64,000 nt of DNA from Albugo candida (taxonomy: Eukaryota), in the NCBI GenBank assembly GCA_040437565.1, contig JBDOQK010000002.1:372001-436000 (forward strand), written 5' to 3'. The translations under genes were made by a program, and so were the position numbers. The notes below the pieces were generated by a model. It did not search any database, was not told where the DNA came from, and saw only the letters and a list, made by a program, of their open reading frames with translations. Positions 37,101-50,727 of this stretch are shown piece by piece. Every line of letters begins with the position of its first letter. Within the stretch, counting starts at the first letter, position 1.

Positions 37101-39413
37101 TTGGTGGAACTTGCTCCACAGCAACTCAATTGTAGACATTCGTACACCTCAAATTTTTTGACGGAAGAAGCTCGATTCGCTAGTATCACTAAGCCAAATT
37201 CAAACTCAGTTCCTTTTCTCGACTGCCCCATGCTCATGACATCACACTTCACACCAATCAGTTGACTGATAGAATGCCATTATTCAGTGCTTTGTTGTCC
37301 AACTAACGCACTAAAGTTCCGTTAATTACTATCCTGTGTCTTTTCAAGTAATGGTAGCATGAAGGACACAATATTGCTTTATTTCACCAACATTGGAAGA
37401 AGGCAGAGTCCATTCGTCTGGTTCTGCTCTTTTGATAAGTATATTTACATACACATGCATGACTCAATTGAAAGTGCTACGCTCGCAAAGCGTGTTCTCG
37501 CGGTACTGTGCCGTCACCTTTATACATTGTTTGTGCTGGGATCCAGCGTAAGATGTTAATTGTACCCTGGATGCTGCAGCTCAACCTGCAATGAAATCAC
37601 CTTTTTTGTGCTCCCTGACGCCCTGCAAACTCGTACGCAATCGGTAATTTAAAAAAGCCGATATACAGTCATGACGCTCACCCGGTTTTTAAGGATTATC
37701 TGTGATGATACTCATGTAGCTGTTTGTGAGATATCTTTATCAATTTACTACTTGTGTAAGCGCAAGTCTGACGGTTAAATGGTATCCCCTCTTCCACTCC
37801 ATAGTACTGGCGACATGCAGAGCAAAGGTGATGGTCGTTAGCAGTGCTATATGTAGACTTTGCATACCAAGAGGCATGAAAGTCCTGTAAAGCACGTTAA
37901 TCGCTTCTGACGAAGCGGCTAAAAATGAGGATGACTGAACAGCGTAATATACATGAAGGTGGTGCTTGGCTGATTTGTCAAAGTAAGAATTAGTCACCGG
38001 CATAGCTACACAGGGATCGAGTATACTTTCGATACGCTTGCGCCAGTATCGTGAAAATATATATTACATTGAAATCCACTGAGTTTCGCATTGAAGTAGA
38101 TTTGTGGGTGTTGAATTGAATGAAAATCAAATACTCATTAGATATAAAGCATGTATGATTTTTGCTTTGTGGTATCTGCCTAATTGCTCTTGACGTTGAA
38201 TCGCTCCGGAAAATGATTAATAAAATGCTATCTTATGAGAGAGGAATACCTCATCAAAAATTACTCCGTATTTTCAAGGTTCCCCACAAGCGTTATTGCT
38301 CCAAACGATACTTGCGATCAACAGAACGCAGAATCACTGGTGATGGATCTCAATGACATTCTTGAGCACAGCGCATTTTCTTGATGAACATACCTGCAAC
38401 TTGGCACTCTCCGTTGACAAAAAGCACTCCGAAAAAAGTAGTTGGAGAAAGCATCACGAAGCCGTTGGGTAGCATTGCATCACATCAGATCTGAGCGCGC
38501 ATGACGTCTCCACCGTGTCATCTTGAAATCGCTCCAAATTGTTACCATATCAACAAAATTCAGAGTCGTAGGTCTTCTTCTCACTCAGTTTCTTCCAAGT
38601 CAAAAGTTTTCGATCGCTTTGAGTGCTGTCGATAGAGATTTTCATATTTCGATGCAAAATTCTGAAACATTCTTTCAGATACCATGGAACTGGTTGATGG
38701 TAAATCGCTCAGACTCTTGGTTCTGGTAGTGACTTTCGGTGCAGCCTACAATTCAATTGGGATGCTGTGAAAATAAGGAAAGGTATTCAGGACTGTTATT
38801 ATAGACATCTGCCAAGGCCTAGTAGACCAGCTTTTAATCTTGAAAATCTTGTTGCTTGAATTATTTCATAGGTTACTATTTCCAAAGCTAAAATATGATC
38901 ACACTGCTAAAATTTTCGAGATCGAGTGGTAAGGGATAGTTTGAACATTGTATTGCAAATACGATGTCGATAATTAACACTTTGCAACCCTCACCGCTAT
39001 TGTGATGCTTGATTTCAGACGAGTCCGAGCGGATAGTGTTGGAATCCTTGTTCGGTTCCCGATGTAACGTACCGCACGATCCTTGAAAGTACCTATCTTT
39101 CTGGATGGATGCAGTGCTAGTCGCTGATCAAAGGGATTTCAGTAACAATTTTGACAGCGCGGATGGCATTCAGAATAGCAAATTTATATTCGTTTGCATG
39201 CTTCTTCCAAACGCTCGACGTTGAGCGACACTCATTGATTGCACCACATTCACGTCTTGCTGACACCCATCACTACACGTTGTCCCAGACTTAGAGCAGC
39301 AATTACAACGAGAGAAAAAAGCACCGTATATTTTGTGACTGCACTGTTAAGATGCGTGATAGATGGTTCTCCACGTCGGATACATTTGGGGGTGACGACC
39401 AGATCATTGCTCA

Positions 39414-40653
39414 TCGGTGGTTTCAAGAGATTGAGTGACCTCCATCGAGTTATCCTAATTCATTTTAGTTTCGTTTTGGTTATTGTACAAAATATGAATC
39501 CCTGTTCCAATTGTGTCATCATTTTCAAATTGGTCTGATGAACATTAAGGTATTCAAAAAACAGTATCTCGACATGTTCATCAGTCCAATTTGAAATTGA
39601 TAAAAAGATTGCGAAGGGGGATTCTTCCGATTGTAATTGTACACATCGATGCAATATTCTGGATACCTTTACACCTTATAAGATATGCGCCAACTTTCTC
39701 GTACGAAATTGCACCAGTGCATTAAGCTAGTCGTAGCGAGATTGAAATTCGTTTTCTGCCTGGTGACACTATTGTATAATGTCGATCATATGAAAGCTTT
39801 TTTGAAATGTATTGGCCATCAGCCGAGTCGCATCGAGAAACCGGTCGACCTCGTGCTCGTACACATTGCGTACTTGAAGATGTAGTTGATCTTTATGCCA
39901 ATTTTGAGTCAGTTTTTAATGCCAAATATCTGGAGTTGCAAAAGTTGACCGAGAAACAACTCGCCTTCAATGAAGAGATTAGANNNNNNNNNNNNNNNNN
40001 NNNNNNNNNNNNNNNNNNNNNNNNNNNNNNNNNNNNNNNNNNNNNNNNNNNNNNNNNNNNNNNNNNNNNNNNNNNNNNNNNNNTCGGTGGTTTCAAGAGA
40101 TTGAGTGACCTCCATCGAGTTATCCTAATTCATTTTAGTTTCGTTTTGGTTATTGTACAAAATATGAATCCCTGTTCCAATTGTGTCATCATTTTCAAAT
40201 TGGTCTGATGAACATTAAGGTATTCAAAAAACAGTATCTCGACATGTTCATCAGTCCAATTTGAAATTGATAAAAAGATTGCGAAGGGGGATTCTTCCGA
40301 TTGTAATTGTACACATCGATGCAATATTCTGGATACCTTTACACCTTATAAGATATGCGCCAACTTTCTCGTACGAAATTGCACCAGTGCATTAAGCTAG
40401 TCGTAGCGAGATTGAAATTCGTTTTCTGCCTGGTGACACTATTGTATAATGTCGATCATATGAAAGCTTTTTTGAAATGTATTGGCCATCAGCCGAGTCG
40501 CATCGAGAAACCGGTCGACCTCGTGCTCGTACACATTGCGTACTTGAAGATGTAGTTGATCTTTATGCCAATTTTGAGTCAGTTTTTAATGCCAAATATC
40601 TGGAGTTGCAAAAGTTGACCGAGAAACAACTCGCCTTCAATGAAGAGATTAGA
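39414..40653. repeat. 570-bp direct duplication across N gap (39414-39983 = 40084-40653)
   Basis: Offset is 670 and the copies flank gap 39984-40083. Confidence 0.9.
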
Positions 40654-41096
40654 GAAGGATTTTAGAGAAAACTGGATCCTTTGCTCCAGTTGTACGTTTA
40701 TTACCTCCTATGAATGATATTTCTCCACCAAGTAATGAGTGATTCCTAATATATTTCGAAGTTCATGTTTGTGTAGAAGCTAAATACTGGTACAGAGCGG
40801 GGGAATTCCCAATAGCGTAATATTGCCTTACTTTAACTGAGTCGTACGTTCAAGTGCGAGCCGAAGAATGGCTAGAATCGGTACTCGAATTTACATGATA
40901 CCGGTAAAAGTCTACATTGAGACTTGTGATATTTAATACAGTGTAAAGTAAAACTGGTGAATGTGAGCGTGGGCGACATATAAATTGCTGTCTAAAGCTG
41001 GCTGTCAGGCAGAATGACATGTTTCATGATCGATCTTGCCAAATTTGAAAGGTGTACGTCGCTTCAAATTTAATCCTGCCCAACTTCCACGAAAGC

Positions 41097-41918
41097 ATGT
41101 CCGATAGAGAGAAATCACCCGCGTCTGTCAACGAGGGTACCCTGCCTTCCGAATCCATCACTTTCTCACATCACCGACCCACATCTCATGATGTCTCACG
41201 TTTCTTACTCTCACAGCCGATGACAACAATGAGGCGGAGCAAGAAATAACGAATCCGGGAAATAATCTTTATGTCGCCAATTTAGCCCACCGAGTAAGCT
41301 ACCGCAACGATATTCACATGCACATTCTCAATTGATACTTTTCAGGTCACAGAAACCGAATTAAATGATTTATTTGCGAAATTTGGTCGGCTTGAAAAGT
41401 GTGAAGTTATCACGGATCCAATTTCACGAGAGTCGCGAGGTTTTGCGTTCGTCACATTCGAAGATGTGCGGGATGCCAATGACGCTGTCCAAGAACTGAA
41501 CGGGTAAGCGTGATTATCGATTTGGAAGGGACATATTGCTGATTCATTATTCATAACAGCAAAGACATTCAAGGTCGTCGAATTCGTGTGGAACATGCAA
41601 GAAGAAAGCGTGGTCATACCAAGACCCCTGGACGATGTATGTTCTACTGAAAGCTCTACTCAGGCTAAAGAGTGTGACGGTCCTTTGCCTTCAGATCTAG
41701 GACCTCGACTCGCAAGTGTAAAGTACGGACGTGAGCGCAATGGCCGAAGCCGTGATCGAGGGCATGATGATCGTCGGAGTCGGAGTCGTAGTCGTGATCG
41801 TCACTCCAGAAATCACAACGATCGCGGTGATTACCATGATCGTCGACACAGCGGTAATCATGGACGCAGCAATGACTATGATCGTGGTCGTCACGACAAT
41901 CGCCGTTCTCGGCGTTGA
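41097..41918 (+). CDS. SR45a/Tra2-like single-RRM splicing regulator with RS/RD-rich tail
   Basis: Five short exons give NPGNNLYVANLAHR|VTETELNDLFAKFG...DPISRESRGFAFVTF...IRVEHARRKRGHTKTPGRYLG, followed by RS/RD repeats. Confidence 0.9.
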
Positions 41919-42558
41919 TTCGAGTATTCACATTGGTACACCTGTCTCTTGTACATCGGCCCAATTAGTTTCAATGCGTTATTTCACCGGTCAGTTGGGA
42001 TTGGATACTTTAGTAATCAGCTTCAGTCATTCCGTTTCGTCTGTCACGCGCTTAACTATTGATACAAGTTTTCACTCGCTCAGAATCTTTCTCGGCAAAA
42101 GTCTATCCTACAATCCAGCCCGATATTGTCCCAACAAAAATGAGTCAAATTCAATTTATAAGCTTTCAGAATTTCACTCGCTACTGACTCACTTCGTACT
42201 ATCGGCGAAAACTCATCATCGCTCAAATTCCATCGATTTGAGCATTATCATCACACAGAAACCGCTCAGAAAATCTTTGATTGCGACCGTTGCCGACGTA
42301 TCCAAGCGACCCGTTAGTATTCGTCTACACCCTCGATACCGTATCAGCTATGTTTAGACAGCATGCTACAGTAGCGATGGATATCCGTATTTGGAGCAAC
42401 GCATCGATCGTCAGAAGAAGAAAGCTCAAAAGTGTATTTTTTATAGAAGTTTTGCGATAAACATAATTGTAGTTATCAGCGCACAATTGGATAAAATCTT
42501 GATTCAATTTCCACCAGTCAACGAAGGTGCTGAAATTGCTTCCTAAGAACTCCTCGAT

Positions 42559-43494
42559 ATGGCACAAAGCATAGAGTCATGGTATTATTCCATGCCAGAA
42601 ATAACGCGTTTCTATCTGAGCGTGATTTTTCTGACAACTGCTCTGAGCACCTTTGGATTCTTGAATCCAAAAACTTTGTATTTGGACTTTGATTTGGTTT
42701 TGGAACGCTTTCAAATATGGCGTTTGGTCACGTGTTTCATGTATCTCGGAGGATTTAGCTTCAATTTCTTGATGCAACTCATGATTTTGTAAGTAACTGG
42801 GTATTTATGTTAATTTTGTCGGATCGTTTCTAAATCCTGTTTGTAGAGTCAATTATTCTTCAAGATTAGAGGAAGCACCATTTCAGGGCGGTGGAGGAGC
42901 AACAGCAGATTACGCATTCATGCTTTTCTTTGGAGCTGTCATTATGTGGGTACGTGATACAATATCACATTTCTCTACCTGCTCAGTGTTTTGTTTAGGG
43001 CGCAGCATTTTTTTTGGATTTCCCTTTTCTCGGACCAGCCTTGATCTTTATGATTGTATATGTATGGAGTCGACGCAATGCCACCACACCAGTGGCAATA
43101 TGGGGTGCGATACTAATAAATGGCATTTGTACTACATCTCATATTTCGTGCGTAGGATTTCAATTTGAAGGCTTGTACCTTCCTTGGGCTCTGATCGCTT
43201 TCACTGTTTTGATTGGTGGAAATCCCATTATGGATATTTGTGGCGTCGTTGCAGGCCACTTGTATTATTTCTTATTAGAGGTACTTCCAAACCTCAAAGG
43301 CTGGCGTGTGCTGCAAACGCCTCAAATTTTGTACGTACAATTAGATGCTTTGTTGCTGATCTACACTCATGAGATTCCGTTGATATAGTATCAAGCTCTT
43401 TCCGCCTGCAATACATCCAGCGGCGCCACAAAGCGCGCGGCCTGAAAGCGGTCCCCGGTATACTTGGGGCTCGGGTAGACGATTAGGAGATTAA
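42559..43494 (+). CDS. Derlin (Der1-like ERAD protein)
   Basis: MPEITRFY, FQIWRLVT, TADYAFML, YVWSRRN, YLPW, GVVAGHLYYFL and a C-terminal TWGSGRRLG (SHP box). Stop at 43492-43494. Confidence 0.93.
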
Positions 43495-43560
43495 TGACAA
43501 TCGTACTTAAAAGGGTATACCCAGTAATTGTCCTCTGCTCGCCACTTATTCCAACAGCTC

Positions 43561-44692
43561 ATGCCCAATCCACAATTTCCCAAAGTCGAAATCTTGGATT
43601 TGCGCGATGACTTCATAAAGTTTGAATTGTTTGAGACCGACGCGAGTGTTGCAAACGCCTTACGTCGCGTTATGATCGCAGAGGTGCCCACTCTAGCGAT
43701 TGATTTGGTTACAATTGAGATCAACACATCGGTGATGACCGATGAATTTCTTGCGCATCGGCTAGGAATGATCCCGTTATTCTTCGACGGAGGCTTGGAA
43801 GCATTCCGTCAGCGATTTGTGTACTCCCAGGTACAAATTGAACTGTATGAAGCCATCGAGTAGAAAATTAAAGCTTTTCAAGATGACTTTTTAGGATTGT
43901 GACTGTGAGGAACACTGTCCGAATTGCTCTGTCGAGTTTCAACTGGATGTGCGCGCAGAGCAAGGGATGCTCAGTGTCACATCGGATGCGCTTAAATCTG
44001 TGGATCCATACATTCGTCCTGTTAATTTTTCGTCAGAAGAAGAGTTCAACAATACTCAAGATACCGGTGTAATTATTGCAAAACTCGGTCCTGGACAGCA
44101 TATTCGTCTCTCTGCAATTGCCAAGCTTGGAATAGGAAAAGAGCACGCAAAGTGGTCACCTGTCGCTGTCGCAACGTTCATGTATGAGCCTAAAATCACT
44201 TTGAATCAAGCAATTCTCAGCACGTATACTCCGGAACAAAAAGCTGAACTATACAAAAGCTGTCCGACCGAAGTATACGAGACCGATGAAAATTACGAAC
44301 AGGTGTGGCTTTCTTTGCATACGCGTCACTTGTCCATGAGTGGTGAATTATCTTTGTTCTAGTTTACGATAGCGAATCACATGCGCTGCATGTACTGCGA
44401 TGAATGTGTTAAAGTGGCCAATAGCTACAAAGATAATCCAGAGGATGACGCAGCGGTCACAGTACAAATGCAAGAAGACAAGTTCATTTTCTCCGTTGAG
44501 GTACAGACAGATTAACAATCTGATCCTATCTAACTCGTGATAATGTAGACCACAGGTCAACTAAAACCCGAAGAAGTCGTCATTTGCGCACTAGATATGA
44601 TTCGTGAGAAACTTTCTTATCTCAAACATCAATGTCTGGAATTAAGCCAGGAAGACCAATCTCACGCAATTCCCGTGACTCCATTTGGCTAA
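43561..44692 (+). CDS. RPB3: DNA-directed RNA polymerase II subunit RPB3
   Basis: ANALRRVMIAEVPTLAID, DEFLAHRLGMIP, DCDCEEHCPNCSV, GIGKEHAKWSP and FIFSVE|TTGQL. Four exons. Confidence 0.95.
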
Positions 44693-44813
44693 ATATATTA
44701 TCTTTCATTCTTCGTCACAGTACCGTACATCTCACAATGTGCCCAACCGGCAGCGTGACGTTTCGAGATCAAAGTGCTTCCTATGCGCTCGTCCAATCGC
44801 TTTTTACGTTCAA

Positions 44814-47800
44814 ATGCGCTCCGATCGTCACCTATTCGAAGTGAGCAATCAGGACATCCAAAGACAGCTGGATATCGTCAAGAATCTTGATACGTCTGCT
44901 TTTCAATTGCACTATTTCTCATCAGAGATAGACAAATGGAAGTCACCATCCACGATTTACTCGTCCTCTGTTGATTCACTCGATCTCAGCGATACACTCC
45001 ATCGTCGATATGTCTTCGTGCAATCTCCGTCCAATAATGCGAGTGAGAAACTCGCGGAACTCGCATTTATCCGGTGGCGAACTTATGCTCGCCACAAGAT
45101 AGAGAAACGGAAATGGAACACGATGCAGAGCCATCGAATAAAACAGATACTGTTTCAGCATTGGGTACGTCACACTCACGCTAACCTGCTTGTTGTACGC
45201 TTCAAAGGGGCATTGTCCCTTCGGATATGGCGCCGATGGGCTCAGCAGCAGCAAAAAGCTGCCCGCTTCTTTGAAAGTCACCCACCAGCTCTATCTGTTG
45301 CAATATGTGTCCGTAAGAAGCAATGTTTCTATCAGTGGCGAAGAGCTTCTCTCTGGTGCAAACAATCGCGGCACCTTTTGGCTGTCATCGCGTCCTCAAA
45401 GGCCCAAGCAATCCAACATCGAGTATGGTTGAATCTAAGACTGAATGTTTTCATCGCCCGATCGTGTAGAAAGTGTGCCTTCGCGACACTGACCGCGTGG
45501 GTTCGATTTACTGAATACAATATAGATGAACGCGTTCTTTTCAGCACCAGCATCAAGGGAGTAGCTCTTAATATACAGCGTCGCGGTCTGAATTGTTGGA
45601 AAGCAACACTTTGTGCAAAAAATGAAGAACGGCATCGCTGTGCTTTGGTCACACTTTTCATATCGCGAAAGATGTATTTCTTGAGATGGTTGAGCTCTTT
45701 CCACACTCACCAAAGCATCAATCGATTTTCAATTGGTCTTCAACAGCGCTCGATGCAAAGACATTTTAAACAGTGGAGGATTTTTACGATCACTGTCTTT
45801 CGCGGTCGCTTGCATTCTGAAGAGAAGCTTCAGGCTGTAAGGAACGAATGCTGGAACGCGTGGAAAATCTATTGTGTTCATTCGAGCAAAATTTACAGAG
45901 CTAATGAGCTGATCAATAGCTTTTATGCGCGGCGAAGTTGCTCCGTCTTACGGTCTTGGCTGGAATCCAGAAAGCCCATACGACGGTGGATGGAGCGGAG
46001 AGAGCGGCGTGATAGATCACGTTGGTGGAACCTGGGCTGGAAGTGCTTTTACGATCAGCTACTTGTACGCAAACGAGTCATGCTCAGGCTTTTGAAAAAG
46101 CGAGGCTTACGTTGCTGGAAAGCGTACTTCACGNNNNNNNNNNNNNNNNNNNNNNNNNNNNNNNNNNNNNNNNNNNNNNNNNNNNNNNNNNNNNNNNNNN
46201 NNNNNNNNNNNNNNNNNNNNNNNNNNNNNNNNNTCAGAGATAGACAAATGGAAGTCACCATCCACGATTTACTCGTCCTCTGTTGATTCACTCGATCTCA
46301 GCGATACACTCCATCGTCGATATGTCTTCGTGCAATCTCCGTCCAATAATGCGAGTGAGAAACTCGCGGAACTCGCATTTATCCGGTGGCGAACTTATGC
46401 TCGCCACAAGATAGAGAAACGGAAATGGAACACGATGCAGAGCCATCGAATAAAACAGATACTGTTTCAGCATTGGGTACGTCACACTCACGCTAACCTG
46501 CTTGTTGTACGCTTCAAAGGGGCATTGTCCCTTCGGATATGGCGCCGATGGGCTCAGCAGCAGCAAAAAGCTGCCCGCTTCTTTGAAAGTCACCCACCAG
46601 CTCTATCTGTTGCAATATGTGTCCGTAAGAAGCAATGTTTCTATCAGTGGCGAAGAGCTTCTCTCTGGTGCAAACAATCGCGGCACCTTTTGGCTGTCAT
46701 CGCGTCCTCAAAGGCCCAAGCAATCCAACATCGAGTATGGTTGAATCTAAGACTGAATGTTTTCATCGCCCGATCGTGTAGAAAGTGTGCCTTCGCGACA
46801 CTGACCGCGTGGGTTCGATTTACTGAATACAATATAGATGAACGCGTTCTTTTCAGCACCAGCATCAAGGGAGTAGCTCTTAATATACAGCGTCGCGGTC
46901 TGAATTGTTGGAAAGCAACACTTTGTGCAAAAAATGAAGAACGGCATCGCTGTGCTTTGGTCACACTTTTCATATCGCGAAAGATGTATTTCTTGAGATG
47001 GTTGAGCTCTTTCCACACTCACCAAAGCATCAATCGATTTTCAATTGGTCTTCAACAGCGCTCGATGCAAAGACATTTTAAACAGTGGAGGATTTTTACG
47101 ATCACTGTCTTTCGCGGTCGCTTGCATTCTGAAGAGAAGCTTCAGGCTGTAAGGAACGAATGCTGGAACGCGTGGAAAATCTATTGTGTTCATTCGAGCA
47201 AAATTTACAGAGCTAATGAGCTGATCAATAGCTTTTATGCGCGGCGAAGTTGCTCCGTCTTACGGTCTTGGCTGGAATCCAGAAAGCCCATACGACGGTG
47301 GATGGAGCGGAGAGAGCGGCGTGATAGATCACGTTGGTGGAACCTGGGCTGGAAGTGCTTTTACGATCAGCTACTTGTACGCAAACGAGTCATGCTCAGG
47401 CTTTTGAAAAAGCGAGGCTTACGTTGCTGGAAAGCGTACTTCACGGCACGTGAAAAGAGATTGAGGAAAATACGATGGATACAGCAGAAAATCGCTCAAG
47501 CAATCTTATTTGCATTGCTGGTCCGTTGGCAATTGTTTCGGTGTCGACAGCAGCGCCTGAGACGATCCAACCAGCGACTTTATCAGTACTCTCAAAATCT
47601 GTTGCGACGCAGAGGGATTCAGAGGTTGTGCCAGGCATCTCAGAGCATTTCTCAGGAAGAACGACGACTCCACGCGTTTAGACGGAGCTACAGAGCGATA
47701 TGTAAGCACAAAGTGCTCTCAAGTTGGCGTTTGTGGGCGCACAGTCGTCTGTTCGATCGTCTGAGGATGGAAAGTCTTCAGAGACATTACGAATTTTGTA

Positions 47801-50670
47801 TGAAAAAGCAGTTTGTATCGCAATGGAGCCAACGTTCAAGTAAGCAAAGACATATTCAGCGAGTTTTTCGCCAAATAGGACATAATCGCCTCCAAAAATG
47901 GCTTTGGAAATGGAGAATTCGCATGCATCAACAAGTGACATCAATTAGGAAGCGATACGAACACAAAATCAGACGCCTGGAAATAGTTTTCAGATTGTGG
48001 AAGAGCATCATATCACATCAGCATTCGAAATGCGCTTTGCAAAGTCATATTCGAGCGCTTGTGACTGAGAAGAGGCTTCAATTAGCCTTAAGCCGCTGGA
48101 AAGAATCGCGATACGATGTCGTTTACGATCAGGTTTACAGGAACCAAACCAGACGTCTTCTTTGTGCACGATGGGATCGATGGACAAGACAGTACGCATA
48201 TTGCGTCGAAGGTGTTCAAACTGAGAGAAAACGGCGCATTTTGCAGAAATGGAATTGCTGGGCGCAGGTACACGCCGCCTTTCGAAGAAAACAACAAATA
48301 TCTATCCAAAAGATGAGAAAATATCCAAAAAGCTCCGTTTTTTATCGCCAATGGAGTCGGTGGCGTTTGCGAACGCAATGTCTTCGAAAGCAGAGGCGAT
48401 TTCAAAATCGCGTACGAATTCGGTCTCTTGAGCTTATTTTCAAAAACTGGCGATTTTTGCTTCGATTTCCACAAATGTGGCATCACTGGAGATGGATAAG
48501 CCACCATCGAGCTGTATCGAATCGAATACTTGAAGCTGGATCCCTTGAGCTCTGGTACAGGCGTTGGAAGGTCCACTTCAAAAGCGTAAGAGCTCCGCGA
48601 TTCCATCACAATACCAAAATGAAGAAGAAAATGCTTCTGTTATGGTGGAAGTGGACACTCCGTCGGCTACAAGAACGGCTGATACAACCACAAGACTCAG
48701 AGTCTGCCATGCTAGAAAATAGACCGACCAGGTACCTTGGCTTGTTTCAGCGCCGTAATGTGCTACGGGTTGGTTTGGAAGGATCAGCTGCCACAGAAGC
48801 GATTCATGTGTATCCTCAAGAAAGTCTCAAGCAGAAAAAACCTCTGATGAGCCGTCAAATTGTGATTCCTCACCATCGAAAGCACCAAAAGATGATTGTA
48901 CGGTCTCGAGCACCAGCTTCCGTTTCAAAAGAGGTTTTACAAGGAAGTAGGCATTTAGAAAAAGCGGATAAGCAGGCCAAATCGGTCAATAAAGAGACTG
49001 TTTCGCAAGCAGAACATCCTGCTGTTGAAAAGGATTCTCTTCACGAGATTCAGCCCCCATTCAGTAAGAATGCACTCGATTCTCAAATGCTGAGTCAGTC
49101 GAATCAGGATCAATTAAGCGCCGGGAAAAGTGCCGAGATCTCACTCGAGACCTTGGCCGCTTGTGAGCTGTACGATGAAACCCCACAGAAGCCCAAAAAG
49201 CAAAAGTCATCGGTGAAGTCAATGACTCGGGTACACTCCGAATCTGTATCGCTCGCTGAGATTATTGGGGTCACAGACGCGTCCATAGCTTTCAAACAGC
49301 GCTCAAATGGTGGAATGCGACGTCCGACGTCACAACTGACCATCAAGCAACCTCTTTCGAGTAAAGAGAAAGCGATACGATTTCGCATATACTCCAAACA
49401 TGAGATTCTTTTTCTTTACACAAATCGAGTGTTCATGTATCAGTCTGAGGATAAAGCCACTTCATGTTGGGTTTCGTGCGGCCTAAGAGCAATCGCATTT
49501 GAAGCGTTGCGAGATTTGGGGCTTTTCCGTTCAAAACTGTTTCTTCCAAACTTCCAAAAGCTGATTGCAGGCGAATTAAAGCATCTAGAAGCCCAAGGTT
49601 CCACCTCCAAATCACACGTTTTCCAAACGCTGGAAAGGATTCTCTCTCACGCCATCTTAAATTCTAAAGGATACAGACTCTATCTCAGATCAATCGTTGA
49701 GGACCCAAAAGAGCCGCTTGACTGGTACTTGAGCCAACCGCTTCCAGATATGAAGAAAGAGGCCATTGATACGGCATCATGGGTCATCAATCCTCTTCCT
49801 TCACTGTTCATCTCGGCGTTCGAAAAATTTGAAATGTGTATCCAGCGATATTGGAGCGTCTTTGGTGTCTTCTTCAGTTGGCGTCCAAAAGATGAGAGAA
49901 TTCCAAAGGAAGGATCCAAGTTGCAAATACCTCATAGTCGATTCCTTCTCCTTTTACAGCATCTGAATATTGTCCCTCAGTTGTTTGGTCGACGCGAAGT
50001 AGAGACCTTTATGGATCAGTCTTGTTCCTCTCGAGCTCAATTGGAATCGAACAAAACACTTTGTCATCCAAAAGCTTTGTACTTTTCCGAGTTTATCGAG
50101 ACTTTAATTCGATGTGCTTGGACGCTTGAATGGTCCACAGGAATCTCCAGTGATGAGGAGAAAGATGGAACAATTCAAGTCGTCAAATTTGTAATGCTGA
50201 TATTCGCAATGGAAGGCAGTGGATCGATTTTGCGTCTGCAGGCGGAAGATGTTGACGTTGTAATGGAATACTTCCAACGTAAAAGAGCGAGCGCCCGACG
50301 AAAAAAAAGTATCGCTTTCCGACGAGTTTTACACGATTCATCAAGTCGATCTGCGGGAAAACACTCGGAGAATTGTGAGCGTGTTGGAAAGGATTCCAAT
50401 AGGAAGAGTGTGCTTCAATATGGAAGAGAATTGAAGACCGAAAAAGAGGGCAGCGACCAGTTGATTCCAGAGAGCCCGAGTTCAGATGACAAGCAGTCGT
50501 CTTGGCAATGTGCATCAGTCGATATCTTCAACGACCAGCCACCGCGTAGAGCCATTTTGAACGCAAAGGGAGAAAAGGACCCATTTTTACGAGACATTCT
50601 GACATCTTTTGGAGAAATCGAGGCCCAGCTAGCACGATGCGGCAGTAGGAAAGACCAAGGAGATGAATGA
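44814..50670 (+). CDS. Sfi1-like Trp/Arg-rich repeat (centrin-binding-like) protein; ~1514 aa once the overlap is collapsed
   Basis: Dozens of regularly spaced (F/L)xxW(R/K) motifs in a basic helical region, as in Sfi1 repeats. The ORF is split only by the gap and duplication. Start is inferred. Confidence 0.7.
44922..47445. repeat. 1212-bp direct duplication across N gap (44922-46133 = 46234-47445)
   Basis: Offset is 1312 with identical ORF translations. Confidence 0.9.
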
Positions 50671-50727
50671 ATCTTTGATGAAATGAAGGAAAGATCTGTT
50701 GTATGATTAACGGGACATCGCTCCAGA

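Noticed and set aside
42160..42260. C/D-box-like words (ATGATGA...CTGA on the minus strand) and a GCTCAAAT/ATTTGAGC hairpin
   Set aside because: The spacing is short and I saw no convincing rRNA-complementary guide. It cannot be supported without a search.
41731..42357. 208-aa hydrophobic ORF overlapping the SR45a-like gene
   Set aside because: It is an alternative-frame reading of the RS/RD repeat running into the 3' flank, and it starts at GTG.
43492..43496. TAATG stop/start overlap after Derlin suggesting translational coupling
   Set aside because: That ATG is out of frame with RPB3, which has its own ATG at 43561.
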